Shown here piece by piece: positions 52,389-63,164 of a DNA stretch of 64,000 nt; position 1 is the stretch's first letter, and the number at the start of each line of letters is the position of its first letter. Position numbers and translations under genes: made by a program. The stretch is taken from positions 22,254 to 86,253 of the forward strand of contig DUMO01000083.1 in the NCBI GenBank assembly GCA_012839865.1, given 5' to 3'. The DNA is from Clostridiaceae bacterium (GTDB lineage: Bacteria > Bacillota > Clostridia > CAYPLH01 > DUMO01). The notes below the pieces were generated by a model, which was given only the letters and a program-made list of their open reading frames with translations, searched no databases and was not told the DNA's origin.

Positions 52389-52460
52389 TTCGATAAACAC
52401 CCGGCAATTCGTCCCCCGCCTGCGCTCTCACTTAAGTGAGCAAGGTAGCTTAGAGGCGGG
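52389..52460. terminator. Hairpin between convergent genes (cccgcct...aggcggg enclosing ctcacttaagtgag). This is a candidate bidirectional terminator.
   Basis: cccccgcctgcgctctcacttaagtgagcaaggtagcttagaggcgggagg. Confidence 0.4.
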
Positions 52461-52521
52461 AGGCTTCTTGCTGCTATATGCTAATTAAATTTTGTGCGTA
52501 AATGTTTTTATTGCATAGTGC

Positions 52522-53820
52522 CTATTCAGCCAACAATTCCTCCATCACAGTACCATCGGTGTCAGGCAAATTAACACCCAGTGCTCTGGCCAGGGTAGGT
52601 GCAATGTCCACAATTGAGCGGCGGTCCAGTACTACACCTTCCTTAAAGGAAGGCCCTTTTGCATAAAATACTGGTTGTGGACCCTTGTCGGGAAGATAAC
52701 CGTGGCTGGCTCTGCCAAAACGGTAGTCGCTTAACTCGTAATTTGTCACAATCGGGCGGATATAATTATCTCCAAAAGAGGTATAACCGTCAGTTTCAAG
52801 AACAAAAGCGAAGTCGCCGCCCAGATGCTCCTTTTCGTTTGCCTCCTCTTCGGTAAAAACCTCGCTTATGCCATAAATCTGCTCGTCCCGCATATGACAG
52901 AGAAGCTGATACACTTCGTCATAAACATCAGGATCTTTCAAATAGACAGCTGCCGACATCCCTAGCGAATGGCAGAAGGCTTTCCATTGAGTAAGTTTAC
53001 CTTCACTGTCGTATTGAATCAACCCATGGTCGGCAAAAATCACATTGGGGTGAATAATCCGTTTCAATTCCATCTGCCCATGGTCGCTCAATAACACAAA
53101 ATCAGTCTTTTCAAGAGCTCCCACATCCTGCAATGCTGCTGCCAGCATGCCGATCCACTCATCAACCTCGCGTATCCCCTGACGGATTGACTCATTGAAA
53201 AGACCGGTATGGTGGCGGTAGGTATCGATATTGGCTGGGTGGAGGGCAATCAGGCTGGGATTAAATTCCCGGATAATATCACAAGTGCATTTCACCAAAA
53301 AATAATCACAGCCGGGATGAACCCGGTCCACAAGCCCGCCAATGTGTTTGTCCACCACCCGGGTCAAAACCTCTTCCGATGTGCCGGCCCGGGCAAAGGC
53401 GTCACGGCTGGTTTCCTCTTTGCTTTGTGCCCAGTATTCATCAATCAGGTAATCGATATAAGGATGATTGCCGGTCACCGGCCAGAAAATGGATGCAGTT
53501 TTGAGCCCTTTTACTTTTGCTGCCTGGAAAAGGTCGGGGACAACAAGGTTATCGGCGAACCATCGCCATGGGTATTTCTTTAACCCTGCTTCAAAGTAAT
53601 CATTGGAATAAACCTTATGGCGATTGGGATAGGTTCCTGTGATGATACTGGTATGGGCAGGATAAGTAATGCTTGGGTAGATGGAGCGCATCTTCTCCAC
53701 GGCAGCCCCTCCGGCTATGTACTTTTGAAAATTGGGAAGTGAAGACAAGTATTCGATATCATCAGCAACCAGTGCATCAACCGATAGAATCAACAATTTT
53801 TTCTGCATTTTGTAGTACAC
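52522..53820 (-). CDS. Alkaline-phosphatase-superfamily nucleotide pyrophosphatase/phosphodiesterase-like protein.
   Basis: LSVDALVADDIEYL, YPSITYPAHTSIITGTYPNRH, VLLSDHG. This is the only convincing minus-strand gene in the window. Confidence 0.7.
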   Translation of the reverse strand: MYYKMQKKLLILSVDALVADDIEYLSSLPNFQKYIAGGAAVEKMRSIYPSITYPAHTSIITGTYPNRHKVYSNDYFEAGLKKYPWRWFADNLVVPDLFQAAKVKGLKTASIFWPVTGNHPYIDYLIDEYWAQSKEETSRDAFARAGTSEEVLTRVVDKHIGGLVDRVHPGCDYFLVKCTCDIIREFNPSLIALHPANIDTYRHHTGLFNESIRQGIREVDEWIGMLAAALQDVGALEKTDFVLLSDHGQMELKRIIHPNVIFADHGLIQYDSEGKLTQWKAFCHSLGMSAAVYLKDPDVYDEVYQLLCHMRDEQIYGISEVFTEEEANEKEHLGGDFAFVLETDGYTSFGDNYIRPIVTNYELSDYRFGRASHGYLPDKGPQPVFYAKGPSFKEGVVLDRRSIVDIAPTLARALGVNLPDTDGTVMEELLAE

Positions 53821-54013
53821 TTCCTGTTCATTTGAAATTGCAATTAGTATAATTTGATTATAGCATACAGAAATTCACTTGAGAAATTAAGAATGTTGTT
53901 GAAAAGCTAAAAGAGAGTATTGTATGGGTCTGTGGCAGAGATTGAATATTTAAAGAAGTTTACACCGGTATAATTGTGAAGATTCGAATCTACCAAAATG
54001 GAGGAGAGATTCA

Positions 54014-54514
54014 ATGTTTTATTTATTCACATCGGATTTGCACAGCAGAAAGACTCATTATGAAGAGCTTTATAACCTTTACCGGAGTAATAAGTTTGAT
54101 GCAATAATCATTGGTGGAGATTTGTTTAAATATACTCATGACAAAAATGAACAGTTGAGATTTATAAATGATTATTTAAGAGATTTTTTAAGCTTAATAT
54201 CCATACCAATTATTATTTTACCGGGTAACGCTGATTGGCCTGTTTCAATGAGAAAACTCGAAAAACTGGAAATAGCAAATGTTAAAGTGATAAGCCATAA
54301 GAAATATATAAACCTCAACGGGATAAAACATATTGGATATGAATATGTAACACCACATCCCTTCAGTCAAAAACATCGAACCAAAAGAGACTTGAGGAAA
54401 GACGATTTTATAATTGATACTGAATCATATACTACTGATGATCAGGGAAATGTGATAAAAGTTTATGAGGAATATGCAGTCAAACAGGATATAAAAAATA
54501 AACAAGTCAATTGA
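54014..54514 (+). CDS. Calcineurin-like metallophosphoesterase, short (166 aa) and possibly truncated.
   Basis: SDLHSR, GGDLF, LPGNADWP motifs. Confidence 0.55.
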   Translation: MFYLFTSDLHSRKTHYEELYNLYRSNKFDAIIIGGDLFKYTHDKNEQLRFINDYLRDFLSLISIPIIILPGNADWPVSMRKLEKLEIANVKVISHKKYINLNGIKHIGYEYVTPHPFSQKHRTKRDLRKDDFIIDTESYTTDDQGNVIKVYEEYAVKQDIKNKQVN

Positions 54515-54523
54515 GGTGGGTTT

Positions 54524-55114
54524 ATGATTAATCATATCGGGACACAGACAATAGAAACAGACAGGCTTATTTTGAGAAAGTTCATGATGGGTGATGCCCA
54601 AAACATGTTTGATAATTGGGCTAATGATCACCAGGTAACTAAATATCTGCAATGGAAACCCCATGAAAATATTGAGGTCACTAAAAATATTCTTGAGAAT
54701 TGGGTAAAATCATATGAACAGCCTGACAGATACAACTGGGGGATTGTTTATAAAGAAAACATGCAAGTCATTGGCTCCATAGCGATAGTCAGTTTTTCCA
54801 ATATGCATGAATGGTGCGAAATAGGCTATTGCCTGTCCAGAAATTATTGGAATACCGGGATTATGACTGAAGCATTAAAAGTGGTAATAAAATTTTGCTT
54901 TACAAAAATTGGATTTAACAGGGTGCAAGCCTTTCATCATGTGGAAAATACAGCTTCGGGCAAAGTTATGTTAAAAGCGGGCATGAAATATGAGGGCAGA
55001 TTAAGGCAATATCATGTCAATACGCAAGGTGTGTTTGTAGATTGTGATATGTACTCCATATTAAAGGATGAGTATTTAAATCAGGAAGGGCGCTTTGGAG
55101 GCGATCTTATATGA
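54524..55114 (+). CDS. GNAT-family N-acetyltransferase (RimJ/RimL-like).
   Basis: IETDRLILRKFMMGDAQNMFDNWAND...; GNAT core (NRVQAFHHVENTASGKVMLKAGMKYEG). Confidence 0.75.
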   Translation: MINHIGTQTIETDRLILRKFMMGDAQNMFDNWANDHQVTKYLQWKPHENIEVTKNILENWVKSYEQPDRYNWGIVYKENMQVIGSIAIVSFSNMHEWCEIGYCLSRNYWNTGIMTEALKVVIKFCFTKIGFNRVQAFHHVENTASGKVMLKAGMKYEGRLRQYHVNTQGVFVDCDMYSILKDEYLNQEGRFGGDLI

Positions 55115-55926
55115 ATCATAAATTAAATAACAATATATTGGTAAAGGAACAATATAAGGATTCAAAGAACCTTGATGCCAGGTCATATTTGCATGCAAAA
55201 TTCAGCACCAACAATTATGGTTGGATGAACTGGTTATTTGATAATATGAGCTTTAAGAGTGGTTGTAAAATCCTGGAGCTGGGTTGTGGTAATGGAGAAC
55301 TATGGAAAAGCAATTTGCATAGAGTGGGAAGTGATTGGGAAATAGTTCTGACTGATTTCTCTGAAGGAATGTTGGAAACAGCAAGAAATAAGATTAAGGA
55401 TGATAGATTCAAGTTTCTTGCGGTAGATGCCCAGGATATCCCCTTTGCTGAAAATTCCTTTGATATTGTTATTGCAAATCACATGCTGTATCATGTTCCT
55501 GACAGAAAAAGAGCTATGTCGGAGATCAGCAGAGTACTAAAATCCGAAGGAAGTTTTTACGCTTCAACTACTGGAATAAAGAACATGGCTGGATTAAGAG
55601 AATTAATAAACAGGTTTGATTCAAGAATTAATTATCCGAATAGAGCTGAAATTATAGGTTTTAACCTGGAAAACGGGATAAATGAGTTAATAGAGTTTTT
55701 TGATGATATAAGAGTGGTCAGATATGAAGATTCATTAGTAATCACCGAAGCAGAACCCCTTATTAACTATGTGTTGTCACTGAAGGAGTTTGGCAATATT
55801 GCAACGATTTTAATCGATGACAAATTAAAGGATTTTAAAAAATATATAGAAGATATTATTAAAGAAAATGGCTCGATATACATAACAAAAGATGCAGGTC
55901 TATTTATAGCAAAAAATAAAAGATAA
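55111..55926 (+). CDS. Class I SAM-dependent methyltransferase.
   Basis: ILELGCGNGELW (motif I). A 4-nt overlap with the upstream GNAT. Confidence 0.75.
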   Translation: MNHKLNNNILVKEQYKDSKNLDARSYLHAKFSTNNYGWMNWLFDNMSFKSGCKILELGCGNGELWKSNLHRVGSDWEIVLTDFSEGMLETARNKIKDDRFKFLAVDAQDIPFAENSFDIVIANHMLYHVPDRKRAMSEISRVLKSEGSFYASTTGIKNMAGLRELINRFDSRINYPNRAEIIGFNLENGINELIEFFDDIRVVRYEDSLVITEAEPLINYVLSLKEFGNIATILIDDKLKDFKKYIEDIIKENGSIYITKDAGLFIAKNKR

Positions 55927-56089
55927 TCGAGCTGATTCCTATCAGGTTCAGGAGGAGAAAATGGAAATTACTACATATGAGAAAGACAATAAGTTGTATT
56001 ACGTGCTGAGAAAATACGATGAGTTTTTAGAAAAAACTTTCGTTCATAATGGTTATACTAAATATGCAAAGTAGAATAAGAGTGAGGAT

Positions 56090-56827
56090 ATGACTGACAA
56101 GAAAAGATTTATTGAGATTGAGGACAACAAGATTGCCTACACTGTAGTTAAAACCAGGCGGAAGACAATCGGGATAATTGTTGAAAGGAACGGTGAAGTA
56201 AGGGTACGTGCGCCTTTCCGGGTCAGTGAAAATCAAATTTTCAAAGTAGTGCAGAAAAAGGCTGATTGGATTTTAAGAAAAGTAAATGAAGCAGCAGAAA
56301 GAAGTTCAAGTTCAGTAGAAAGAAAGTTTGCCAGCGGGGAAAAGCTGTTGTACCTTGGCGATGAATATATCCTTGAAACAGTAGAAAAGGATTTAGCCTG
56401 GGCTGAGGTGATTAAAACAGAAAATACTGTTGCAGTTTACATACCTGGGGGGATGTCTTGTGAAATCCGGAAACAGACAATAAAAAAAGCCCTTGAAGAA
56501 TGGTACAGGAAGCGGTTCTCTGAAATTGTAAAAGAAAGAGTCGACAGGTATTCTTTGCGACTCAAAGTGTTTCCCCGCAAAATAGCGATTAAAGACCAGA
56601 AAACCAGGTGGGGAAGCTGCAGTAAAAAGGGAAATATAAATTTAAACTGGAGACTGGTTATGGCTCCCGTTGATATAATTGATTATGTAGTTGTACATGA
56701 ACTGTGTCATTTGAAGGTTATGAACCATTCAAAGGACTTCTGGAATCTTGTTATGTCCATCCTGCCAAACTGTAATGAAAGCCGGAAGTGGCTGAAAATA
56801 AATGGAGATAGATTGATAAACAGTTAG
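56090..56827 (+). CDS. DUF45/YgjP-like (WLM/M48-related) zinc metallohydrolase.
   Basis: HELCHL zinc motif in the YgjP context (IDYVVVHELCHLKVMNHSKDFW). Confidence 0.7.
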   Translation: MTDKKRFIEIEDNKIAYTVVKTRRKTIGIIVERNGEVRVRAPFRVSENQIFKVVQKKADWILRKVNEAAERSSSSVERKFASGEKLLYLGDEYILETVEKDLAWAEVIKTENTVAVYIPGGMSCEIRKQTIKKALEEWYRKRFSEIVKERVDRYSLRLKVFPRKIAIKDQKTRWGSCSKKGNINLNWRLVMAPVDIIDYVVVHELCHLKVMNHSKDFWNLVMSILPNCNESRKWLKINGDRLINS

Positions 56828-56879
56828 TCTTCGAGGGGGGATACATATTAAAAACAATCAAAGCAATTTAAAAAAGGGC

Positions 56880-57515
56880 ATGGAATTTTTGGATCTTGGC
56901 CTACTTGCATTCGCAGGGCTGTGCTTGGAAATGTTATTGGCTTTTTTAATAGAACCTCTTATTTATGGTAAATCACTTAATGACTTAACAACTTCAGAAA
57001 GTATAATCCATTGGATTATCACCGGCATAATGTGGCTTATTGTATCATATGCCTTAATAGTTGTCGCCAGGAAAAAACATGATTTTGATGTATTCTCATA
57101 TAAAAGCGCCATTGGTATAAAACGATGGGCTTTTAGTTTAGGATTATTGACCATATCGATTGTGATAAGCGTTATGGATTGGAATGGATTCAAAGTAGTC
57201 AGGGAGTTCCAATATCAAGGTTGGCTGAAATTTATTTTTCAATATTTTTATTATATCTGCGAGGCAGCTCTGTTTGTACTGATGATTGTTTTTGCTCAAC
57301 ATGCCGGTGAAATATGGTTTGGAAAAAGCAATATTCCATGGGGTGGTATATTCATTTCTCTAACATGGGGTCTGGTCCACATATTAACCAAGGGAGACCT
57401 GTTGGTTGGAATATTGGCTTGCCTTGGTGGTTTATTATATGGATGCGTTTATATTGTCTGCAAAAAGAATTTGTATATTGCCTATCCGATCATTTTATTG
57501 ATGTTTATATTGTAG
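56880..57515 (+). CDS. Hypothetical integral membrane protein (5-6 TM segments). CPBP-like membership is uncertain.
   Basis: Hydrophobicity pattern only. No clear EExxxR/HxxxN motifs. Confidence 0.4.
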   Translation: MEFLDLGLLAFAGLCLEMLLAFLIEPLIYGKSLNDLTTSESIIHWIITGIMWLIVSYALIVVARKKHDFDVFSYKSAIGIKRWAFSLGLLTISIVISVMDWNGFKVVREFQYQGWLKFIFQYFYYICEAALFVLMIVFAQHAGEIWFGKSNIPWGGIFISLTWGLVHILTKGDLLVGILACLGGLLYGCVYIVCKKNLYIAYPIILLMFIL

Positions 57516-57616
57516 AATGCGATATAATGCAGGCAAATGAAGAAAAGAGAGTGAACATATCCCCAATTCCGAAAGGGGCAGTGTAAAGGTGATTAATCAG
57601 AGAGGGGCATGTGTGA

Positions 57617-58213
57617 ATGGATTTTATATCAGAACGATTAAAAAACCAGGTTGAATTTTTGATTGAAATTGATAAGTTAAAGCATATCTTTCGAAAAACA
57701 AAGCTGTTCAATAAATCCCGTTTTGAGAATGATGCGGAGCATGCATGGCACTTGGCTGTAATGGCCCTGGTACTGAGTGAATATGCAAATGAAAGCGTTG
57801 ATGTCTCAAAAATCATTAAGATGGTATTGATACATGACATTGTTGAAATAGATGCGGGAGATATAATTGTATACGACACACAAATGAGGAAACTTGCAGA
57901 AGAAAAGGAGAAGGTTGCTGCAGAGAGAATATTTGGCATATTGCCGGAGGATCAAAAAGCGGAATTTATTGATTTATGGAGAGAATTTGAAAAAAGGGAA
58001 ACTCCGGAAGCAAAGTTTGCAGCAGCCATTGATCGATTTGAGCCAATTTTGCAAAATTATCTGACTGATTATTTTGCCTGGAAAGTTCATGATGTTACGA
58101 TTGGTATGCTGTATGACAAAAATAAGCACATCGAAGATGGGTCTAAAGAAATATGGAATGTTGTTGAAAGCATCTTTTCCGAAGTAAAAAGCAAAGGTGT
58201 TATAAAAGAATAA
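57617..58213 (+). CDS. HD-domain phosphohydrolase (YfbR-like 5'-deoxynucleotidase family).
   Basis: HAWHLAVMALVL...LIHDIVEIDAGD. Confidence 0.75.
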   Translation: MDFISERLKNQVEFLIEIDKLKHIFRKTKLFNKSRFENDAEHAWHLAVMALVLSEYANESVDVSKIIKMVLIHDIVEIDAGDIIVYDTQMRKLAEEKEKVAAERIFGILPEDQKAEFIDLWREFEKRETPEAKFAAAIDRFEPILQNYLTDYFAWKVHDVTIGMLYDKNKHIEDGSKEIWNVVESIFSEVKSKGVIKE

Positions 58214-58299
58214 GTAATCCTTGAGCAATAAATGAGACAATGAAAGGTATGGATGTAGTTGTCCATCTGGCGGAAAATACATAAATTCTGGAGGAATCA

Positions 58300-58729
58300 A
58301 TGGAAATTTGGGATGTTCTTGATGAGAATGGGAATAAAACAGGAAAAGTCATTGAGAAAACACATCAGCTTCCGAAAGGACAGTATCATTTGGGAGTGGA
58401 TGTTTGGATTAAAAACCGTAAAGGGGAATACCTGATTCAGAAGAGAGCTCCAACTAAAAAAAGGATGCCGGGAAAATGGATGACAACAGAAATTGTTTAA
58501 TGTTTTTTCCGGTAAAGACCTATATTATAAATATCCGAATGGTGATGAAGTATATAACATTGATATTGTCTACATTACTGATAGATTTTATGGTAATATG
58601 GAAACAAGTGATGAAAGCAGGGAAATCAGATTTTTCGATATGGATAAATTGCCGCTGGAAATAAGTCCTCCTGTTGTTCCGGTGGTTAATATGCTGAAGG
58701 AAAGATTTTATAATAGCAGCAATGAGTAA
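58300..58729 (+). pseudogene. Disrupted NUDIX hydrolase gene, split by a frameshift into ORFs 58300-58500 and 58493-58729, with the Nudix box missing.
   Basis: The N-terminal part GVDVWIKNRKGEYLIQKRAPTKKRMPGKW is typical of a Nudix beta-strand region. No GX5EX7REUXEEXGU box follows. The C-terminal part continues in another frame. Confidence 0.6.
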
Positions 58730-58738
58730 AGATACATA

Positions 58739-58966
58739 GTGGAAATAGGATATTTGCTCAACAAAAATTATTGGAACCAGGTAAAAATGACGGAGTGTTT
58801 ACAGATGGTTATAGATTACATAAGGTCAAAAAGCAGCAGTGTTAAAATAATCTGTATGTGCGATGTTAAGAATTTGGCTTCAAATAGAGTAGTTGAGAAA
58901 TGCGGGATGAAATACAGCCACTATTATGAAAATGATAATATTGAATTTGCTGTTTATGAGGTGTGA
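58739..58966 (+). pseudogene. C-terminal fragment (75 aa) of a GNAT acetyltransferase. It is a truncated gene remnant.
   Basis: EIGYLLNKNYWNQ...NRVVEKCGMKYSHYYEN matches only the C-terminal half of the GNAT fold. Confidence 0.5.
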
Positions 58967-59964
58967 AAGTGCTCACAGATACACATATTGAGAGTATGGC
59001 GGGATTGTTTGCAAAGAATCTAACTTCTATCAGAAATTTGAATGGGTATCACAACTACATATATGAGGTGTGTGGGAACCGTACTTTTATTCTACGCATT
59101 AGTAAAGATGATAACCTTGATGCAACCAACTGTGAAATTGATTTTTTGCGATACCTTTATAAAAATGGCTGCCCGGTAGCTCCACCGGTTCTTTCATTGC
59201 AGAAGAAATATGTTCACCTGGTCAATATAGATGAAAAAAGTTATGCTGTTTCAGCCTATAAAAAGGCCGTTGGCAAGGATTGGCGGACAAGAGGAATTGA
59301 CGGCAGGGAACGCCTTATTATAATCGGTCGTATATTAGGGAAAATGCACAAATTATCAATGCAATATAAACCTTGCAACCGAAAGAGGAGAAGGCAATGG
59401 GATGAAAGCCCCCATATTGTAAAGGCTCCGGGTATTTTTGTCAGATACAACGAAAACTTGTTGGAAAAGTTTAATTATTATATGTCACGCATGAGGAAAT
59501 TCCCTAAAAACAAAGACAGCTTTGGGCTTGTACATGGTGATTTCTTATTCTCTAATTACTTTTTTGATGAAAACAACAGAATATCGGTTTTTGACTTTGA
59601 TGAGTGTGAATACTCCTGGTACATATACGATATTGCTGTGTGCATGTATTATTATCTTCTTGGTGGCAGACCAAAGGAACTTGATTCAAAAGCAAAAGAA
59701 GCAGAAGAGATGTTCTATCATATATTGCTTGGATATATATCAGAATGTGAGCTTGATATGGATTGCCTTAGAAATATGAATTTATTTTTCCAGCTGCGGG
59801 AGTATGTTTTGCTTTCAAGTGTCCTTGAAGCTTCAATGAACAACTTGAATGGCTGGAACAAAGATTTTGTTGAAGGAGCAATTGACCGGATATTGACCGG
59901 TAAACCATTTATCAATGTTGATTTCGAGGAAATATACAATAAAGTTGCACGTGATAAACTCTAA
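58963..59964 (+). CDS. Phosphotransferase enzyme family protein (APH/ChoK-like kinase fold).
   Basis: Brenner motif LVHGDFLFSNYFF and DFDECEY (the Mg-binding DFD). Confidence 0.7.
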   Translation: MKVLTDTHIESMAGLFAKNLTSIRNLNGYHNYIYEVCGNRTFILRISKDDNLDATNCEIDFLRYLYKNGCPVAPPVLSLQKKYVHLVNIDEKSYAVSAYKKAVGKDWRTRGIDGRERLIIIGRILGKMHKLSMQYKPCNRKRRRQWDESPHIVKAPGIFVRYNENLLEKFNYYMSRMRKFPKNKDSFGLVHGDFLFSNYFFDENNRISVFDFDECEYSWYIYDIAVCMYYYLLGGRPKELDSKAKEAEEMFYHILLGYISECELDMDCLRNMNLFFQLREYVLLSSVLEASMNNLNGWNKDFVEGAIDRILTGKPFINVDFEEIYNKVARDKL

Positions 59965-60111
59965 GGTGTAGCCTGCATCTGGTAGCAACGTTTTAGCAAG
60001 GATGAAGGATGGAAGTGGTTATTTTTGACAATTTAAGTATTTTTTTGGGGGCGGTGTTACAGCAGAATTCTTCGTTCCGGCGGAACTGTTTTTGAAATTC
60101 ATTCAGCTGCA

Positions 60112-60363
60112 TTGGAAAAAGTAATGAAGTTGCTGGAAGATAATAAGTTTATTGATATTGAAATAGAAGAATTCAATGATGCTTTTATATATTTCCCAAG
60201 TGAGACTGAGTTTGCAAAATATTTGCCGGCTATGCCGGGGAATCCTGATTATACCTTGCCGGAAAATAAAGAGGAATTGGATCGTCAAATACAGGAAAAC
60301 AAAATTAACGGAAGGCTTGGGATAAAAGAATGGAGATACATCTGGAAGGCAAGAAAGCCATGA
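60112..60363 (+). CDS. Hypothetical small protein (83 aa).
   Basis: ORF only. No recognisable motifs. Confidence 0.3.
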   Translation: MEKVMKLLEDNKFIDIEIEEFNDAFIYFPSETEFAKYLPAMPGNPDYTLPENKEELDRQIQENKINGRLGIKEWRYIWKARKP

Positions 60364-60641
60364 GCAGCAAGGTGGTTTTTATAGCTGCCAGTTGATAACA
60401 GGCAGAGGGGGGTGATAATCAAATACAGATTGGGATAATGGAATAAAAACATTAACTTCAAGCTTCGAGAGAAGAATTGAGGAAGTGTACCAGGAGTACG
60501 TTGATAAAGGGTACTTGTCTGAAGATTGCCAGATTTTGGTGTAAGCATTATTTCAGGCTAAGTTTTTGATTCCGGTGTTTGTGAATTATTTAATTCAATA
60601 CCGAAAAACAACATATAGTCTAATAACTGAAGGGGTTCATT

Positions 60642-61316
60642 ATGCATAAGGATATGTACAAAAAAATTGAGAGCCATATGCTTTCGCACAACAATGATGG
60701 GGCACATGACAGCCAGCATATATACCGTGTTTTATATTATGCTTTGGATATTGCAAGTAGCTATAATGTGGACAAGGATGTGCTTATTGCCGCCTGCCTG
60801 CTGCATGATATCGGGCGTGAAGCGCAATTCCGCAATCCTGAGAATGATCATGCAATTGTTGGTGCGGATATGGCATATGAATTTTTAATACAAATTGGCT
60901 GGCCTGAGGATAAGGCTCAACACGTAAAAGAGTGTATTTTCACTCATCGGTACCGGAATAATAATCAACCGGAAAGCACGGAGGCTAAAATCTTGTTTGA
61001 TGCAGATAAGCTTGATGCAACAGGTACAATGGGAATTGCAAGAACTCTTGCATATAAAGGAATTGTTGCTGAGCCCTTATATTATGTTGACGAAGACGGA
61101 AATGTGATTGACGGACATAATGAAGACAAGCCATCTTTCTTTCAAGAGTATAATTATAAGTTAAAAAATATTTACGACAAGTTTTACACCTGTCGGGCTG
61201 AAACAATTGCCAAAGAGAGGCAAAAAGCCAGTATAGACTTTTACGAAAGCATGTATAGTGAAGTTTGTTCAGTTCACAAGACAGGGATGCAATTAATAAA
61301 AAAAGAGTTGGAGTGA
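60642..61316 (+). CDS. HD-domain-containing phosphohydrolase.
   Basis: H...LLHDIGR...D motif set. Confidence 0.7.
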   Translation: MHKDMYKKIESHMLSHNNDGAHDSQHIYRVLYYALDIASSYNVDKDVLIAACLLHDIGREAQFRNPENDHAIVGADMAYEFLIQIGWPEDKAQHVKECIFTHRYRNNNQPESTEAKILFDADKLDATGTMGIARTLAYKGIVAEPLYYVDEDGNVIDGHNEDKPSFFQEYNYKLKNIYDKFYTCRAETIAKERQKASIDFYESMYSEVCSVHKTGMQLIKKELE

Positions 61317-61361
61317 CACCAGGTTGTGGTTAAATAAAGGCTGAAAAAAGGAGGGTTTGGA

Positions 61362-62096
61362 ATGAGAAATTATAACGAGTTTCAGAAAGTCAAAGAGGAG
61401 ACTATGCGTTTCATGCGCGGCAGGTATGCTCTGGACGAAATGCTGGGTAAGCATTACGAAAATGACTGTCTGAGATTTCGCCAGGGAAAGAAAACCATCG
61501 TGGCTATCGTCTTACATGAGGATTATTATGATTTTCAAATTATCTTTGGGAAAGCCGAGCGGGAGAAGTTCGAAGCACAAAAAAATGAGTTTCCGCAGTT
61601 CATTGTTGACATATACGATAAAGCGCTTACTTATCCCGATGGTAAATGGATGCTCATAAGAGTAGATACAATGGAGGCATTCGAAGCTGTCAAAAAAATG
61701 ATTCTGATTAAGAAAAGGCCAAACCGAAAACCATTTCCGAAAGAAAACGCCTTATACGGCAAATGCGGCCACAGATGCGACTTGTGTATTCACTTCACCG
61801 GCGGAACTATCAGTGAGGAATTCAGAAAAGAACTGGAGGAACGATTAACGCGGGTGTATGACAATTCAGACTGGTCCATGAGATGTTCAGGATGCAGCAC
61901 TCCGGGATGTTATACAAATTCATGCCACCAGCTCAAATGTGCAGAGGAAAAAGGTTATGCTGACTGTGTATCTTGCAGGGAATATCCATGCTCCAGAGCT
62001 ACTGTAGGGTATGCTGAATTTGGGAAAAAAAGCATTCTTGCAGACGATGTGAAATGGGGGATTCTGCCCTATGTGGCTAACCAATATGGAAACTAG
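61362..62096 (+). CDS. DUF3788/DUF3795-like protein with a Cys-rich C-terminal half (putative metal-binding).
   Basis: C-terminus CGHRCDLCIH...CSGCSTPGCYTNSCHQLKCAEEKGYADCVSCREYPC. Confidence 0.5.
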   Translation: MRNYNEFQKVKEETMRFMRGRYALDEMLGKHYENDCLRFRQGKKTIVAIVLHEDYYDFQIIFGKAEREKFEAQKNEFPQFIVDIYDKALTYPDGKWMLIRVDTMEAFEAVKKMILIKKRPNRKPFPKENALYGKCGHRCDLCIHFTGGTISEEFRKELEERLTRVYDNSDWSMRCSGCSTPGCYTNSCHQLKCAEEKGYADCVSCREYPCSRATVGYAEFGKKSILADDVKWGILPYVANQYGN

Positions 62097-62304
62097 TGTT
62101 TTATTTTTTATATGGCAGCTCTGTATTAAGTGCAGTTAATATGATGGTATGGTTATGAAACTTGGATGCACATTCACAGATCCTGATGGAAATGAAATAG
62201 AAATAACCGGTAATTATGTGGAATGAGTATTAAGCATATGAAAATATATTTTCACGTACCAGTAAATTTATCTTATTATTGTACTTTGCAAGGTGGGGAT
62301 TTTT

Positions 62305-62937
62305 GTGAACGAAAAGGTCAGGGCTTTGACCGGAATAATAATCGGATTAATTATGATACAAGGTATCAGGATTATTTCGACGCAGATTATATTTTTATTT
62401 GTTGAAAGAACATTCTTTACAGATACTGTTGCATCTATTGTATTTATGACAGTATTTGTAATTATCGGGATTATTATTGCCAAAAAGAAAGAAGTGCCGC
62501 TTTCTGTATTTCCAACAAGGCATAAAACATTTTATTCTGCAGCTACTGTTGTTGCTTTGGTGCTAATTATTTCAAGTGTACTCATTACGGAAGAAAAGGA
62601 TCTCTTTTTTATATCTTCACTGGTATCTTCGACATTGATAGTACCGGTATTTGAAGAATTAATATTCAGAGGGTATGTGTGGAACAAACTTGAAAAAAGG
62701 TTCACCGGGAAGTTGACTGTCTATATTATTACAACGCTGTTGTTTGCGGTTTGGCATATTGGATATGTGGATTCAATAATGATCAGAGTTGCCCCGGATA
62801 AAGTGCCGTTTATAATGTTCATGAAAGTTATCACAGGATTATGCTTTGGAATTGTAATAAATGCGGTAAGGTATAAAACCAGGAATTGTTATTCAACTAT
62901 TCTCCTGCATAGTGTGATGAATTTGTTTGGAAGATAG
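62305..62937 (+). CDS. CPBP-family intramembrane metalloprotease (CAAX protease/Abi-like).
   Basis: EELIFRGYVWNKL (EExxxR), FAVWH, HSVMN. GTG 62305 follows the RBS aggtgggg (ORF opens at 62293). Confidence 0.7.
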   Translation: MNEKVRALTGIIIGLIMIQGIRIISTQIIFLFVERTFFTDTVASIVFMTVFVIIGIIIAKKKEVPLSVFPTRHKTFYSAATVVALVLIISSVLITEEKDLFFISSLVSSTLIVPVFEELIFRGYVWNKLEKRFTGKLTVYIITTLLFAVWHIGYVDSIMIRVAPDKVPFIMFMKVITGLCFGIVINAVRYKTRNCYSTILLHSVMNLFGR

Positions 62938-63164
62938 GCAAATTTTCAAAAGCTGTTTATGGGATATGATTGTTGACGATTGCATTTATACCGGCAATGT
63001 TGGTACAAAACTAACAATAAAGAGACCTGGGGTTCTTTTGTTGATGGGGGCATATTATATGAAATAGAAGGAAACTGCATTGTTTGCACAGAATTAAATA
63101 ACCTGGCTTGATATACTGGATATAATAATTACGATTATGAACGAGAAAATGATTGGAGTGCTGA

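Noticed and set aside
52659-53583. + strand ORFs (52659-52856, 53209-53583) inside the minus-strand phosphodiesterase gene.
   Set aside because: The minus-strand 432-aa AP-superfamily protein has clear motifs and a convergent terminator. The + ORFs are shadow frames.
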